Shown here piece by piece: positions 22,385 to 36,490 of a stretch of DNA of 38,616 nucleotides (its first letter is position 1; each line of letters opens with the position of its first letter). The stretch comes from Chiloscyllium plagiosum. Its lineage: Eukaryota. The DNA is taken from positions 29,537,206 through 29,575,821 of the forward strand of contig NC_057718.1 of NCBI RefSeq assembly GCF_004010195.1, read 5' to 3'. Below the pieces are notes generated by a model, which was given only the letters and a program-made list of their open reading frames with translations, was not told where the DNA came from and made no database searches. Position numbers and translations under genes: made by a program.

Positions 22385-24725
22385 AAGAACAGGAGGAGGC
22401 TATTCTGACACCCCAGCCTGTTCCACTAGTCAATGAGATAATGGCTGATTTATGGCCTAATCTCATATACCTGTTTTTGGACCATTTCCTTAAAAAGCTT
22501 TGCTGAAAAAAAAAGGCCAGCTCAGATTTGAAGTTAACAATTGATCTGTATCTACTGCCGTTTGTGGAAAACAGTCCCAACCATTTACCAGCTCTTGTGT
22601 ATAGAAATGATTCCTAATATCTCTCCTGAATGGTTTGACCACAATTCTCAGTCTCTGCTCCTTAGTTCTAGGATCCCCAACTAGGTGAAAGAGTTTATCT
22701 TGAGCTACCCACTCTTTTCCTGTCAATACTTTGAAGACTTCAAACAGATCACCCATCTAAATTCAAGTGAAAACAGGCCTAATTTATATAATCTCTCCTC
22801 ATAAACCCTGTAAACCGATGTTGTACTGCCACCAAAGCTCAAATCCTTCCTTAGGTGTGATGCCTCGATCTGCTCACAGTACTTCAAATGGGCTCTAACC
22901 AGGGCTTTTTTTAAGCAACTGCAGCATAACTTGTACATCTTGGTGCTCCAGTCCTTTAAATATAAAGGCAAGCACTGCATTAGCTTTCTTGATTAGAATT
23001 TGCCCCATATATGCTTTGGTTTCACAAATGTATATCAAAATACATCTTAAACGTTATGAGGGCTCCTGCCTCAACAGACAGTGAGTTCCAGATTTCCAAC
23101 ACCTTCTGGGTAAAAAATGTTTGCTCACAACTCTTCTAAACCTTCTGGTTCTTAGTTTAAATCTATTCCCCATGATCATTGATTCCTCCCACAAAGAAAA
23201 AAGGTTTTTTTCCTGTCGACCCTATTTATGCCCCTCAATTTTGCACATCTCAATCATGTTGCCTCTCAATCTCCTCTACTGTAAGGAAAAAAAATTCCCA
23301 ATCTATTCAAGTTTCTTCATAACTAAAATGCTCCAGCCAAGGCACCCTCTCCAGTGGAATCATATCCTCCCTACAATGTGGATTTCAGAACCTGTAAAAT
23401 ATACTCTCGTTGTCACCTAACTAATGTTTCTATACAGTTCCAACATAACCTCCCTGATTTTAAACTTGATGCCTCAAGTAATAAAGGCAAGGTTACCACA
23501 TGCCTTCTTAATCATGTTATCCACCTATCCTGATACCTTAAAGAACTGGTATACATATACACCTCTGATTCTCAATGCTTCTCCGAGTCTGACCATTCAC
23601 TTATTCCCTTGCAACATCTCATTTACCACTGATCAGCATCTGACCAGCCAGTCTATAACTTATCGCAATCTAAGACTATTTTTCTCACAAAAACTGGTGC
23701 AGTGGTAAACTGTTTCATCTGTGAACTTACCCTCCTATATTCAAGTCTAAAATTGTTTATATAAACCACAACCAGCAAGGGCCCCAACAATGACCCCTGT
23801 GGGACCCCAATGGATATAGACTTCCAATAAGAAAATTCCCTCTCAAATCATCACCCTCTGCTTCTTGCCACTCAGCCAATTGTGGATCCAATTTTGCCAA
23901 ATTTCCTTGGAAGCAATGGGCTTTTACCTTTGCTATCAGTCTTACACAAAAGATTTTATCGAAAGTAAGACTTCAACATTTGCTGACAAGTCGATTATGT
24001 GGCACTTTACCAAAATGCCTTTTGTAAATCCATGCCCACAACATCAACCACATTACTCTTCTCAACTATTTTTTGTTAGCTTAAAGAACACAATCCAACT
24101 CATTTAGCATAAATAACCTTAAACAAATTAATTCTAGCTTTCTTTAATGAATCTGCACTTGTCCAAATGCATGGATTACAAAATAGTCCAGAGAAATTCT
24201 AAGAGGCATTACAATACATTGTTGATAATGCATTTGAAAAAGGTGTAGTGTCAGAGGACTAACAGAAAGCTAATGCAATGTTTATTTCAGGAAGGACAGT
24301 ACAACATGCCCAGACCAATCTGCTTAACATTCGAGGTAGGAAAAGTAATGGAATCCTTACTAACAGAAAGAACAGAACAACATAGAGTCATAGAGATGTA
24401 CAGCATGGAAACAGACCCTTCAGTCCAACCCGTCAATGCCGACCAGATATCCCAACCCAATCTAGTCCAACCTGCCAGCACCCGGCTCATATCCCTCCAA
24501 ATCTATCTACAGAAGAAAAATGCAACAAATGAATAGTTAGCAAGGGGAAATCTTGGTTGACCAAACCAATTGCCTTTTTGTGAAATGATGGTCATGCAAT
24601 AGATGTGATTTATGTGGATTTTTAAAAAGGCTTTTGAAAAGATGCCTCACAATAGATAAATAATTCACTCATTTGGAGAACCAGTGAAGACAGGTTCAGC
24701 TGCATGGCCTCCTTCTGTGCTGTAG
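22385..24725. mobile_element. Cluster of old CR1 fragments on both strands, with a young CR1 tail at about 24381-24500
   Basis: Degraded GDLFEVFK, LKYCEQ, RPICLT..VGKVMESLL and DFKKAF fragments. Confidence 0.7.
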
Positions 24726-24796
24726 CCATTCTCTGATAACGTGCATTCTGTAGTCACACTAATTACAGGACATGAATAATCTTTTAGAAACAATAC

Positions 24797-24855
24797 CTTG
24801 CACCCTCAATATCTCCTTCATTACAATACGCTGTTATTAGTCTCTGGAAAGTAAC
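24797..24855 (-). CDS. LRPPRC: LRPPRC coding exon (exon 5), 59 nt
   Basis: ccag|GTT..AG|gtattg; VTFQRLITAYCNEGDIEGA. Confidence 0.96.
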
Positions 24856-25273
24856 CTGGATGTTGAGAGGAAAAAAAGGACATTCAAGGATTTGCTTCAT
24901 ATACTTTATATAATAAAAATACTTCAGTTTATCTTCAACTTCTAGACAAATATTAAACAACTTGAAAATTTATATGCAATTCCAGCTGCAAAATCAAGTC
25001 AAAATATCAAAAAAAATGCATAAAATAGATTTGGTCTAATGCCAAACTATATAACGATCCAAAAAACTACAAAATAACAGGTTTGGCATCATTTTAACCT
25101 GCGAAAGTTGACAGCGAGGACTCTCCAAACCCCTTTCAAACCGAAAACAGCAGTACGTGATAAAATACGATATTAAACTGCACATTTCAACACACAATTT
25201 TCAGCAATATGCTAAAGGTAAATAGAGAGACAATGAACTTTGAAACTCGGTGGTAAACAGGTAAATAACTTAC

Positions 25274-25395
25274 TCGATTGGGTTGCACATTTGCAGATTC
25301 CATTTTTGCCAAAAAATCAGTTGGTGAAAACTTATGCTCATTCTGAAGGTAGACTTTCAACAACGCATTATAATGGCTCACATCATATGCAGCAC
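25274..25395 (-). CDS. LRPPRC: LRPPRC coding exon (exon 4), 122 nt, PPR motif
   Basis: ccag|GT..CGA|gtaagt; [41 protein letters not shown]. Confidence 0.97.
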
Positions 25396-25944
25396 CTGGA
25401 TATCATAGATAATTGATCAGTAGAAGATCAGCACATTTGAACTCTTAGCTGCTGGACATTATTCGATTGGCATAACTTGGATAGTAAAACCACTAATTCT
25501 GGATTAAATTTAGCCCAAATGATATGAAAATCGTCAATCAGCTAGGAAGGTCACATACTTATGCTATCAATTGAGTGGGCATGCATACATACATACTATA
25601 AAACTGTTTTTAATTCAGTTCCAACTGGCAATCTTACTAATAAGGATACAGGCTTGTTTCGATGAGAAGTGGAAAAACATCAAAGGTATGTGCCTCTGAT
25701 CCAAGTGCAGAGGATGTTTTACAATGGATGTAGCCGTCTGCACTAAGTGGCATGCTTATAAGTAAAAGAACTTCACTCTCCAATTAACTGAGCTCATTGC
25801 TTCTCATAGCTCCAAGCAATAACAGTCCACTGATGCTTTAAACTGAGTTTGTTAAGTCCTATGAAATGGGACCATAGATCATTTGTACAATATAACTGTT
25901 AGATCTAATTCTGAACATTAAAACAGTTAAAATTTACTTAAAAT

Positions 25945-26100
25945 AAAAGCATAAAATGCTGAAAATGCCCAGCAGGCTAAGTAGCACCTGTTTAGAGAGA
26001 AAAAGGTTGCAGACTTGAAACATCAACTCTGTTTGTCTCTCAACACAGATGTTGCATAGACAGAACATTTTCAGCATTTCGTTTTCATTTCAGAATTCCG
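25945..26100. repeat. Ancient fold-back element, probably PLE-related
   Basis: aaatgctgaaaatg (25954-25967) / cattttcagcattt (26066-26079) inverted, with further imperfect pairing inside. Confidence 0.45.
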
Positions 26101-28408
26101 GAGCCAATCGTACTGTTTTTCGGTTAACAATTGCATTTATTATTGTTTCCATTTGTCCTGTAAGTCTTCAGGTTCCACAGACTGCAAAAGCTGTCATGAA
26201 ATTTGAAGTGAAAGGTTAACATGCATCATAGTGCAGGAATCTCAAAATTGTCTATTGCAACAGTTGAGGGTGCTTATCTGGCTGTTGCACTTGCGTCCTA
26301 ATGAAGTATTAGAAACACTTCCATGAGATTTTTTAAAAATCTTTTCTTAAAAAAACTACCCTTAGATTAGCTGGCTTTGAGTTCATTGTGTCAATGAAAG
26401 CAAAGGGTTAAGCAGCTATAGAAATTGTAAAATAAACGTGATCGTAACATGTGACAGCATTTTATCAACAGAGTTTGAGACTAAACATCTTGTTGGTTCA
26501 GAAGCTTAATAAATCATAAAGCAAGTCAACAAATTACATGATTTATTCAATTCAAATTGGTGAAACGACCTGGATGGTTACAAAGTTTGCTTCTATGCCT
26601 TACAAAGTATAGATGAATTATATAATCTATCTGCCACCTAGATTTTTCAAATTTACTTCGAAGTGTTTATGAATATAGTAACTTGCCTAGAGCTACTGCC
26701 ATTTTCGATATCGTCACAGAAAGAAAATGGAAGCAATCTTTTAGCTTACTTGCGCATACACCGTAAAACAGGATAAATTCACAGCATCAATATTTCACAT
26801 TTGTGAGATAATGAACAGACTTGTGACAATTGAAAATAGAGCATGTCACAACGATGTTTGGCTGTTACAAAGCAGAATAAATCTGCAAGACTGTGATTTT
26901 CACTGGCCAAACACTAAGAAAATTCACAAAAGAGATGTATTGTGTCTAAAATGTAAAAAATTGGATTTTTTATGAAAAGCAATGGTGAAGCTGACAGCAC
27001 TCTTATTTCCTATTGGCTAAATAGGATAGCAACTTCTGACAGCTGCACATATGCAGTACGACATGGAAATCTGGATGTTGCTGACCAATTCCTGACTATT
27101 CTTAAAAAAAAAGCACTATACCAGTACCTCAGAGATTCGGTACTGAAATCCAATTCACAACCACAAGAACATTTAATATCATAATGTACCTGAATTTTGG
27201 GGGTAACAGTGGAATAATGGTAATGCCGTTAGACCAGTAAAACATAAGCTCAGGCTAATGCGCTAGAAACACAGATTCATATTCCCCACGGCTGTTGGTG
27301 GAATTTGAATTTAATTACTAAATCTGCAATTAAAAGGTAGTCTAAGTAATGCTAACCATGAAACGATCTGATGTGATAAAAACCCAACAGCTCACAAACG
27401 TTCCTTAGGGAAGGAAATCTGCCATTGTTATCTGTCTGGTCTACAGAAACGAGATTCATTGTAGTGGAGGATTCTCAACTGCTTCCTGAAATAGCCAAAC
27501 AGTGGTCACTCAGTTCAAAGACAAGCAGGCAAGGGTCAAAAATTCTGCCCTTCCTGACAATGTTCATATCCTAACAAAGAATAAGTAAAAACACACTATC
27601 AAACCACCTTACTGGCACTGAAAGTTTAATTTGATCTACATGGAGACTCCATCTTTCAGAATATTTTATACGGAAAAAATTCTTTCCATCCCATATTACA
27701 CTCACAATCCAACCTTTCTTCACCTCTCTATTTTATTTCCTACAGTTTAGATTTTCCAATCCGATTGCCTGAAGAGCCAAAATGTTGATTTCCTGAGTCC
27801 CACATACCAGAGCTACCAAAGTTTAATATCTATTTTCCTAAGTTGCAGGTCAAAAACTGACAAAAAAAATCCATCTAGTTCGAACAAATGGTAAAGCCAG
27901 TTCATTCACTGTTGACTGCAAAATTTGGGCTGATGTTGAATTCTTAAATCAAAAAATTAAAAAGGGAATTTTTTTTGTTTAGTAATGCCATGTATACAAT
28001 GAACCTCAACATTTTTGTGCAATAAGGAAGCTGTAAATAGGAATTTACAAGTAAAATTAAACATTGCTCTGTATTATATTTCTCTATATGGCTTCTACAT
28101 CTTTTCTCTCAATTAAAGATCAAATGCATAATAAATATGTTAACTGAAGCTTTCCATTTAACAATTATCTGAATAAAATGTTGTACAACACGGTCTCAAA
28201 AATTAGTGGAGCCTGTTATAGTCAACTACCTCCTGTAAATTATGTAGTTTCAGACTATCTTTATTTGTAGGCTGTGTCGGCCATATACAAGCATTCAAAC
28301 ATTTCTCATCGACCATAAGCATCTGAAAAAACGTCAGCTATTTATGTTATCCATCAGTGCCTTCAGCCTCATTTTTGGAGAGAAAATAAACTCTCCCCAT
28401 AACCATAC

Positions 28409-28531
28409 CTAGTTCTTGCAGTTTGTCCCAGATTCTGTGAGCCAAATCCGTTCTTTCTGAGAGTTGCATCTCCGGAAGCAGAGAACCACAGCTACGGAGC
28501 AGAAGCAAGGCTTGATTGCCACTAGGAAAGC
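28409..28531 (-). CDS. LRPPRC: LRPPRC coding exon (exon 3), 123 nt
   Basis: ccag|GC..CTAG|gtatgg; [41 protein letters not shown]. Confidence 0.96.
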   Translation of the reverse strand, partial: AFLVAIKPCFCSVAVVLCFRRCNSQKERIWLTESGTNCKN

Positions 28532-29017
28532 CTGGTTTAGAACAAAAATAAAACAGCTTAGTAACTTAATACTGATAGAATTCGCTCTATTTGCACTAAT
28601 GCTGGGAAATGGGAAAACCTTGAAAATGCATTCAATTCTGATTGCAGACATGAAACTTCAAACCGCAAAATTGATCCCAAATTAACCTACCTGTAACGAA
28701 ACTGTGAAAAAAACGCACACATTTTTCAGCCACAAAGAAAGATGACCAAGAAAGGAAGTTAGTTTCATGTAAAGATTCTATACCATAACAGGGGAAAAAG
28801 TGGATGAATTAAAAAGTTTACAACTTTTGTCAGTTTCTTACGAAATGGCAACTAATAAATATGAAAAACTCCTAGAAAGCTCCAAAATGTTCAAAACACC
28901 GAAATGTTGAGATGGTAGGAATCACTGAACAGTTGAGCTAAAGCTGTCAAAACTGCCCAGACTTCTCAATCTTACAAACAAACTAATCTTGAATTGCAAT
29001 GTAATTATGGTCTTATC

Positions 29018-29200
29018 CAGGGTAGCATGGTGCATGATGGCACCAGCGACTCAGGTTCAATTCCAGCCTTGCTTGACTATCTGTGTGGAATTTGTACATT
29101 TTCTCCATGTCAGCGTGGGTTTTTTCCAGGTCCTCTGGTTTTTTCCCCACAGTCCAAAGACATGCTGTTTCGGTGTATTGGCCATGCTAAATTACCCTGT
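29018..29200 (+). mobile_element. Diverged tRNA-derived SINE fragment
   Basis: caggttcaattccagcc B box; cacagtccaaagacatgc core. Confidence 0.7.
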
Positions 29201-29815
29201 GGTAAAGGCACTGGATACTGCAAAACCTATGGGGCCAGAAGCTGAACTGGATTGCCCATACAAACACTGGCTAAACAAGCAGATCAGAGGCTAGAAATCC
29301 TGCAGCAAATGACTCATCTCCTGACTCCTCAAAACATTCCCGCCATCGACAAGGTAAAAGTCAGGAGCGTGTTGAAATGCTATCCACTTGCCTGGAGAGT
29401 AGAGTATCATTCCAACAACACAAGAACTCAAGAAGTTTGACACTATCTCTGACAAAGCACTCCATTTGATTTGCACATCTACTAACATTCATTTCCTATT
29501 ACGCCACCACCAAGGCACAGCAACAGCAGTATGTACCATTTACAAGAATTTCCAGCAGAAATTCACACACTTGAGCCATCACCTGCCAAACCCGTGACCA
29601 CTACTATCTCGAAGGACAGGGGCAGCGGATACAGAGGAACACCACCTCCTACAAGTTCCCTTACGAGCCATTCACAATCCAGGCTTGGAAATATATTTTG
29701 TTCCTTCACTATTACTGAATCAAAATCCTGCAATTCCCTTTCTCAAGGACAATTAGAGATCAGCAATAAGAGCTGGCCGAGCTGGCAAAGCACACATCCT
29801 CTGAATGACTTTTTA
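29200..29815 (+). mobile_element. Old LINE 3' remnant (same family as 1550-3155)
   Basis: ALDTAKPMGP; LAKQADQRLEILQQMTHLLTPQ..KVKVRSVLKCYPLAW. Confidence 0.7.
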
Positions 29816-30496
29816 TAAAATCTGGCTCTCCAGCAATGACAGAGAACTCTCATTTATTACCACTGAACATGGGTCTGATTGCCTTTACGAAAATGTGTAC
29901 AACTAAACTCTTGCCATAATTTTTCACTTTCCTGCAGCAAATGAACCATGACATTGGAGGGGTTCAGGAAGACATTTGGCCACCCATTTATCCTGCAAAG
30001 ACACAGGAAAAACATCAACTACCAGAAGGAGACCTTCTAATCTGAACATGAAGGCTAGTGCTCTCAACTTAACTTTGATTCAATGCTTTAAAATTGAAAA
30101 ATGTTCATAACTAATTTTGTATCTGACTTATCTGTATTTCCCTTACCTGTTCCTTCTCAGATCTCAAATGTTCATTGTTCTTCCTCTTTCTAGAATCCCA
30201 GTGTTAAATTCAATAGTCACTGAATCATCTCCCTAGTCAATTACAATATCAGAATTTTCAAACAAACAGTCACTTTTTTTTTTAAACTTTCCTCAGTTTT
30301 AACTTCCTGTAGAAGTTTCAAATTCAAATTTGGGATCAATTGTTTATCAGCTCCTGACTAGGTTATCTTTGCTTCATATTCTTTGTAACCAAAAAATCTT
30401 AAGCTGAGGTATTGACTTTCAAAGGAAAGCAGTCTCATCACACTGAGCAATTCCTAAGACCTATCTAGTTTGCCTTCCACCATCTTGGTGAATACA

Positions 30497-31461
30497 TAGA
30501 GTCAAAGAGTTGCACAGCATGGAAACAGACCCTTCGGTCCAACTCATCCACACCGACCAGATATCCAAAATTAATTCAGTCCCACTTGCCAGCATTTGGC
30601 CCATATCCCTTCAAACCTTTGAATAGGAAACCATCCAGATGCCCTATAAATGTTGTAATTGAACCAGTTTCTACCACTTCCTCTCACAGCTCATTTCATA
30701 TACCTAGCACCCTTTGCGTGAAAATGTTGCCCTTTCGACTCCTTTTAAATCTTTCCATCCTCACCTTCAACCTATGCCCTCTAGTTCTGGATTTCCCCAC
30801 TCAAAGGAAAAGACCATGGCTATTCACTGTATCCTTGCTCATGATTTTATACACTTCTAATGCCAGCCCTCGGCCTATTCAGCTTCTCCCTATAGCACAA
30901 ATCCTCCAACCTAGGCAACATCTTTTCTAAACCCTTTCAAGTTTCACAACATCTTTCCTGTAGCAGGGAGACCAGAATTGAATGCAGTATTCCAAAAGTG
31001 GCCTAATCAATGTCCTATACAGTCACAGCATGACATCCCAACTCTTATACTCAATGCACTGACCAAAATTCAAGCATACCAAACCTTTATTATCCTGTCT
31101 ACCTTTGACTCCACTTTCAAGGAACAATGAGCCTGCACCCCAAGGTCTTTGTTCAACATCACTCCCAGGACCTTACCGTTTAGTGTATAAGTTCTGTCCT
31201 GATTTGCCTTACCAAAATACATCTCACTTATCTAAATTAAACTCCATCTGCCACTCCTCAGTCCATCTGCCCATCTCAAAAGTCCCAGGTACGCGGAGAT
31301 AACCTTCACTGTCCACTCCACCACTAATTTTGGTGTCACCTGCAAACTTAGTAACCATTCCTCCTATACTCCCATGCAAATAATTTGTATAAATGACATA
31401 AAGCATTGGATGCAGCACCAATCCTTGCGCCATATCACTGGTCATAGGCCTCCATACCCCT
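30497..31461 (-). mobile_element. 5'-truncated CR1-clade LINE with 33-bp flanking duplication
   Basis: Homologous to 17948-18965; flanks 30464-30496 and 31462-31494 are 31/33 identical. Confidence 0.9.
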
Positions 31462-33639
31462 TCTAGTTGGCCTTCCACCATCATGGTGAATACACTATTC
31501 CATCACAATGGATTTAGTGACTAAACATAATCATTGACTCCATCAATCTTCAACAGATGTCAAAGAAAAGACAAATACTGTTCTGATGTTCAAAATCCTG
31601 CACCCTCGGGACAGATCATGGCGTATGTCAGATTTGCCCATAATTTGGATTATCCACTGGATCAGATGAGTGTCGACAGATGATAAAGATCAGCATTTTA
31701 CTTTCAGGTTTCTGAATTAGCCTGAGGCTGTTCATCTTTTGTTTCAGTTGTTAGCAATCCCTCTTGGATACCTGTATAAAATCAACAAAATAGTCTCTCT
31801 GTGTTTAATTTTCAGGCTTCAGATTGAGAGCAGTAAAAATACTGTTCGGTTGTTACAATCATTCTAAGGATAAAATTTACACAAGCAAACATTTGGTTTA
31901 TATTGTATTTTTAAAAAATCAATTTTCTCTCCATTCATTTCAGTCTTAGGGCTGAAAGAAATATATCTGGTTTGTAGGCAAATCTGATTTTTAACCAGCC
32001 ACGATTGGGGTGCTGAACTTGCAGTACAACATGAACTGACTTTCAAAGTGAGAGGGCTGCCATTGATTCATAGTCTCACAATCAGGAACACCAAGCAAGA
32101 CAAAGCAATAATTAAACCAAAAAGCATCATTTTACTCATACCATAAATAAGTTGTCAACCATGATCTCTTATCTGGAAGCACTTAAGCAAAGTATGAAGG
32201 AACAAGGCAATAAAGGTTCAATGCCCAATTAGCTGCTCCCAGATTCAGCCTCCTCAAAGAAAGGTCACTCTTTGCTGGAGTAAGCAGAGTCTAAGGAGGA
32301 AAAACAACGCAGAATGGCATGGCTGAAAATTCTCTTACTTCTTTGTAAAAGAAGAGAGAACACCAGCAGAGTCTAGAAACTGGACACCCACCGTCTCTCT
32401 GTTCCCAAATGGAACTGTCTCTAAAGGTCAAACAGAAAAATAAACTAAGGGTCCACTAGGCAAAACTCTAGTCACGGGTAAACCTAATTTCCGGGACCCA
32501 ACTCTGAGGAATATGATGATTGAGCAAGACGATGGCGTGAAGGTGTAAGATCAGCAATTGACAGTTTCAATGACACAGCAGACTCAAAAGATCCAAATGA
32601 CCAACTCACTTCTATTCCTTGCAGTCTTCTCATGCTCTATTAATTCAACTGCCTCCGCCACAGAATTTAATTGTCCCATGCTATTCACTCTTGAATGTGG
32701 CAGGTCTACAGCGCCTTGATCTGATCTACTGGTTGCGCAATTGCTTATATCTATCACTTGCTGCTTATGTTGCTTGGTATGCAGATAGCCTTAAGCGGTA
32801 GTTTCATCAGGATGACCCCTCATTTTTAGGTATGTTTGTACTGCTCCTGGAACATCCTCCTGCATTGTTCAGTGAACCAGGGTTGACCTCTTGGTTTAAT
32901 TGGAATAGGAGAGTGGCAGATTGGTACTAGATAAATTCAAGTTGCTTTTTTTCCTCATAATTTATCTGAAGCCTCAAGATTAAATCATATACTTGGCTCA
33001 TGAGTCTCATTTTTCCAAAAGCTGTAATACGACCATAGAATCACAGAATCCCTCCAGTGAAGATTGAGACCATTTGGCCCATCGAGTCTTCACTCAATCT
33101 CCAAAGAGAATTCCATCTAGACCCACACTTGCACACCCTATTCCAGTAGCCCATACGTCCCTGGGTACTACATTCGACTTGATAGAGTCTCTTCTGACGA
33201 AGTGGGAATGACCCAACTCTAAGCCAGAAGGCCAGGATGCAAGCCTCACTTGTTCCAGAGGTATATATAACATAGCTGAACAGGTTGATAAAATATATCA
33301 ACATTTGAATTATGCCAAAATTTTACTTATCAGAAAAATTAAAGTTGGAGCCTTTAAAATCAGTAATTACTCCATCACGATCAGCACAGAAAAGGACTTT
33401 GACACGCTGTCTGACTGTTATTCATAGCATTAACCATTCTAAGATGCTATCACAAATGTGTTCATTCATCCTGCTTTGCAAGCTTATATTGCCATTGACT
33501 ATCACATGAAAACCAATATCTTCGCAATTTAAAGAAACATCAGACAACAGTTTGCACTTTAAAAAATGTTCTGTGTGTGCTTTCAGTATTTTTACTGCAG
33601 GTTAAAAAATATATTTTAAGTCTTCGTACTCCACTCATA

Positions 33640-34115
33640 AATATGGTGTCAACCTTGGTTCAATGATCAAACTCTCAGAGGCAGTGCGTTCAAGACCCAC
33701 CCAAGAGATTGCAACATAATCTAGAGAGATGAGTGAGTGCAGAATGAGGGGCTGCTGCACTGTCAGGTAAGACATTAAAATGAGGCCCCATTTACATCTC
33801 ATGTAGATGTCAAAGTAACACTTTTCCAAAGGGTAGCTATCTTCGATGTTCTGGGCAGGATTATACTTCATAAAATATTACTCAAAGAACAGATTATCTG
33901 GTTGTCACATCACAGTTGTTTGAAGAACCAGGCTATGTGTAAATTAGTTGTTAGCATTTTGCATGGCAAAAGCAATTACACTTCAAAATATATTCAACAT
34001 ACAACCTTCTCAAGGGCAACTAGAGATGGGCCACATCCACAAATGGATAAAATTGGTTTGAAGCACCTTCGGACGTCCTGAGGTCACGAAAGATGCTATT
34101 TAAATCCAAGACCCT
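33640..34115 (+). mobile_element. Deu-domain SINE (SacSINE1/AmnSINE1-like), diverged
   Basis: aacagattatctggttgtcacatcacagttgtttg...ggacgtcctgaggtcacgaaagatgctatttaaatccaag resembles the recalled DeuSINE consensus; related minus-strand remnants near 5655-5840, 6060-6187, 6850-7065 and 7380-7465. Confidence 0.6.
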
Positions 34116-35189
34116 CTTTCTTTAAAATCAAAAGTCCTTTTTCTTCCTATCACTCAACCTCCAATGAATTGAAATAAACAAAAGAGATATTTCAATCCTC
34201 ATTCTTAGAGTTTTCCACTAACTTGGAATCTTGATAGAATTTGACAGTGGTCAGAGACCGCTACTTAGAGTGTGAGATTGAAGAGTTAGCTTGCTCTGCT
34301 GACCTGCAGGAAATTGAACATCCCGAGGCTAGGGTGGATGCCTCTGACTTACAGATAGATTGTAAGAAATTACATTCTCACCTCCTATTATTCAGAATCA
34401 TTTACATGGCTATTTCCTTGCCATTCAAAAGCCTATTTACATTTCCGTCCTTATTCAGAAATCAATAACAACATTACAGTTGCAATTTGACTACTCCCTG
34501 TAGTTAAAAAAAAATACAATTCACACCAGATCTGGCCATTAAGGGATGATTTGCATTACATTGTTTCTGGAGACGATGTGGTCACTGCATTGGGCCTTGA
34601 GTAGCATGTGACTGGAGATTGTCTTGTGGGCATTACTAACTATGATATGAAGATATTGTATAAAGGAAGGACCGCTGCCTTTGTTCAGGGAGAGCTTCCC
34701 TGGTCACACCTCGCAAGCATCGCGAAGAGTGTTCAGGGTTTCTCCAAAACATATATTGTACTGTGCTTAATAAAATTTTGGTTGTTCAGAGAGGTTGGCG
34801 TGTTGCAGTTGCATTGAGTGTGTAAGCATCTCAGGAAAAAGAAATACCAAGAAATTACCCCAAAGTTGTCTTCCTAAACAAGTAACCAACATTTCCCTGC
34901 TCTTTAAAATGTTTTTTTTTAAATATTCTTCACAATTTCAATTTTTTTTATGGCATTCAAGAAAACCAGACTTAATTAGATTACTGCCCTAGAACTTAAT
35001 GATAGCCATGACCTGTCCACAAGAAGCAGGACAAATCCATTCAAACCGACTATGCACTGCCCTAATCAATCGTTAGCCAAGTGATGCTATCAAGTGTCAC
35101 TTTCCTAGCAATGACCTACTCACTGCTACTCAGTTTGGGTTCTGTCAGTCACTTGGGTCCAGTCCTCATTAGAGTATCTCTCCAAACAG

Positions 35190-35532
35190 GGACAAATACG
35201 TTAAATTCCAGACATGGGATGGGAATGACTGCTCGAATGGGGAATTGAAAACGAGAGGGCATAGGTTTAAGGTGAGAGGTGAAAAATGTAAAACGGACCT
35301 GAAACGCAACCTTTTCACCCAGAGGGTGGTGCGCATGTGGAAGGAACTGCCAGTGGAAGTAGTAGAGGCAGGTACAATTACAGCATTTAAGACATTTGGA
35401 CAAGTGCATGAATTACAAAGGTTTAGAGGGATATGGGCCAAATGCAGGCAAATGGCACTAGATTAATTTGGGAAATCTGGTCAGCATGGACATGTCAGAC
35501 TGAAGGGTCTGTTTCCACACTGTATGACTATA
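35190..35532 (+). mobile_element. CR1 3' fragment
   Basis: KTRGHRFKVRGE..NLFTQRVVRMWKELP and 3'UTR. Confidence 0.88.
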
Positions 35533-35554
35533 ACTGGAGATGGTAATTAAAGAG

Positions 35555-36490
35555 CCTTGGCAAAACTGAAGTTGATGAGAATTAAAGGGAAAATTCTTCA
35601 CTGGTTGGAATCAGTCCTTGCACAAAGCAGGTTTAGGAAGTTGAGGATCAATCGTCTCAGTCATGGGTATTGATGCAAACATTCTGCAGTGTAAATATTT
35701 TCAAATCAACCTTTTAAGCGACGTTAATACACATCTATGGTGGGTCTTGAATCCAATCCTCCTGGCTCAAAAGATGGTACATGACAACTGCACCATCACA
35801 GTCCTAAGTTCTCCAGGGTAGATATTTATTCATCAACCTGTTCAGAGGTGGTTTTACACACCCCTGGAACAGTTGCAACTTGAACCCAGTCCTCATGGCT
35901 CAGAGATAGGGATGCACACTATTATCCTTAAACCAACCACCTTCAGCTGCTGCACTAAAGATACTCCACATTTGATCAAACATTTTAATGTTTGCTGATG
36001 ATTACAAATGCTACTGAGCGTTATTTAACTTCATGCAGCAAGGCCTGGATAACAAACAGCTTGAGCAGATAAATGACATGACTCATGAATGTCTGACAAT
36101 AATCACCTTCAACAATAGAAAATGTAACCTTTTTTTGATAGAAAATGACAGAATAACCAGAAATCATTCAAATAAATATAACAGCTACATTAACAGGTTA
36201 AAGGCTGGGTAAGCTGCAGCAAGTAATTCAGCTCACTCCCAAAGGCTATCCAACATCTACAATACACAAGTCAGAGGTGTGGTGGAATGCTCTCCTCTTG
36301 CCTACATGATTGAGTTCAACATCACACAAGACAAAGCAGCCAGAGTGATTAGCCCTCCATTCACCACTTTAAACATTCACCCTCCATCACCAGTGCATGG
36401 CAGTATTGTGTATCCCCCTTAGAAGGTGCACTGCAACAATTCATCAATGCTCCTGTGATCGTACCTACCAAACCCACAACTGTTGCCACA
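35555..36490 (+). mobile_element. Old LINE RT remnant with nested short repeats
   Basis: Degraded atgtttgctgatgatt (MFADD), tacaatacacaagtcagaggtgtggtggaatgctctcc. Confidence 0.55.

Noticed and set aside
34545..34650. Possible C/D snoRNA (GATGATT start)
   Set aside because: No suitably placed CTGA D box or terminal stem.
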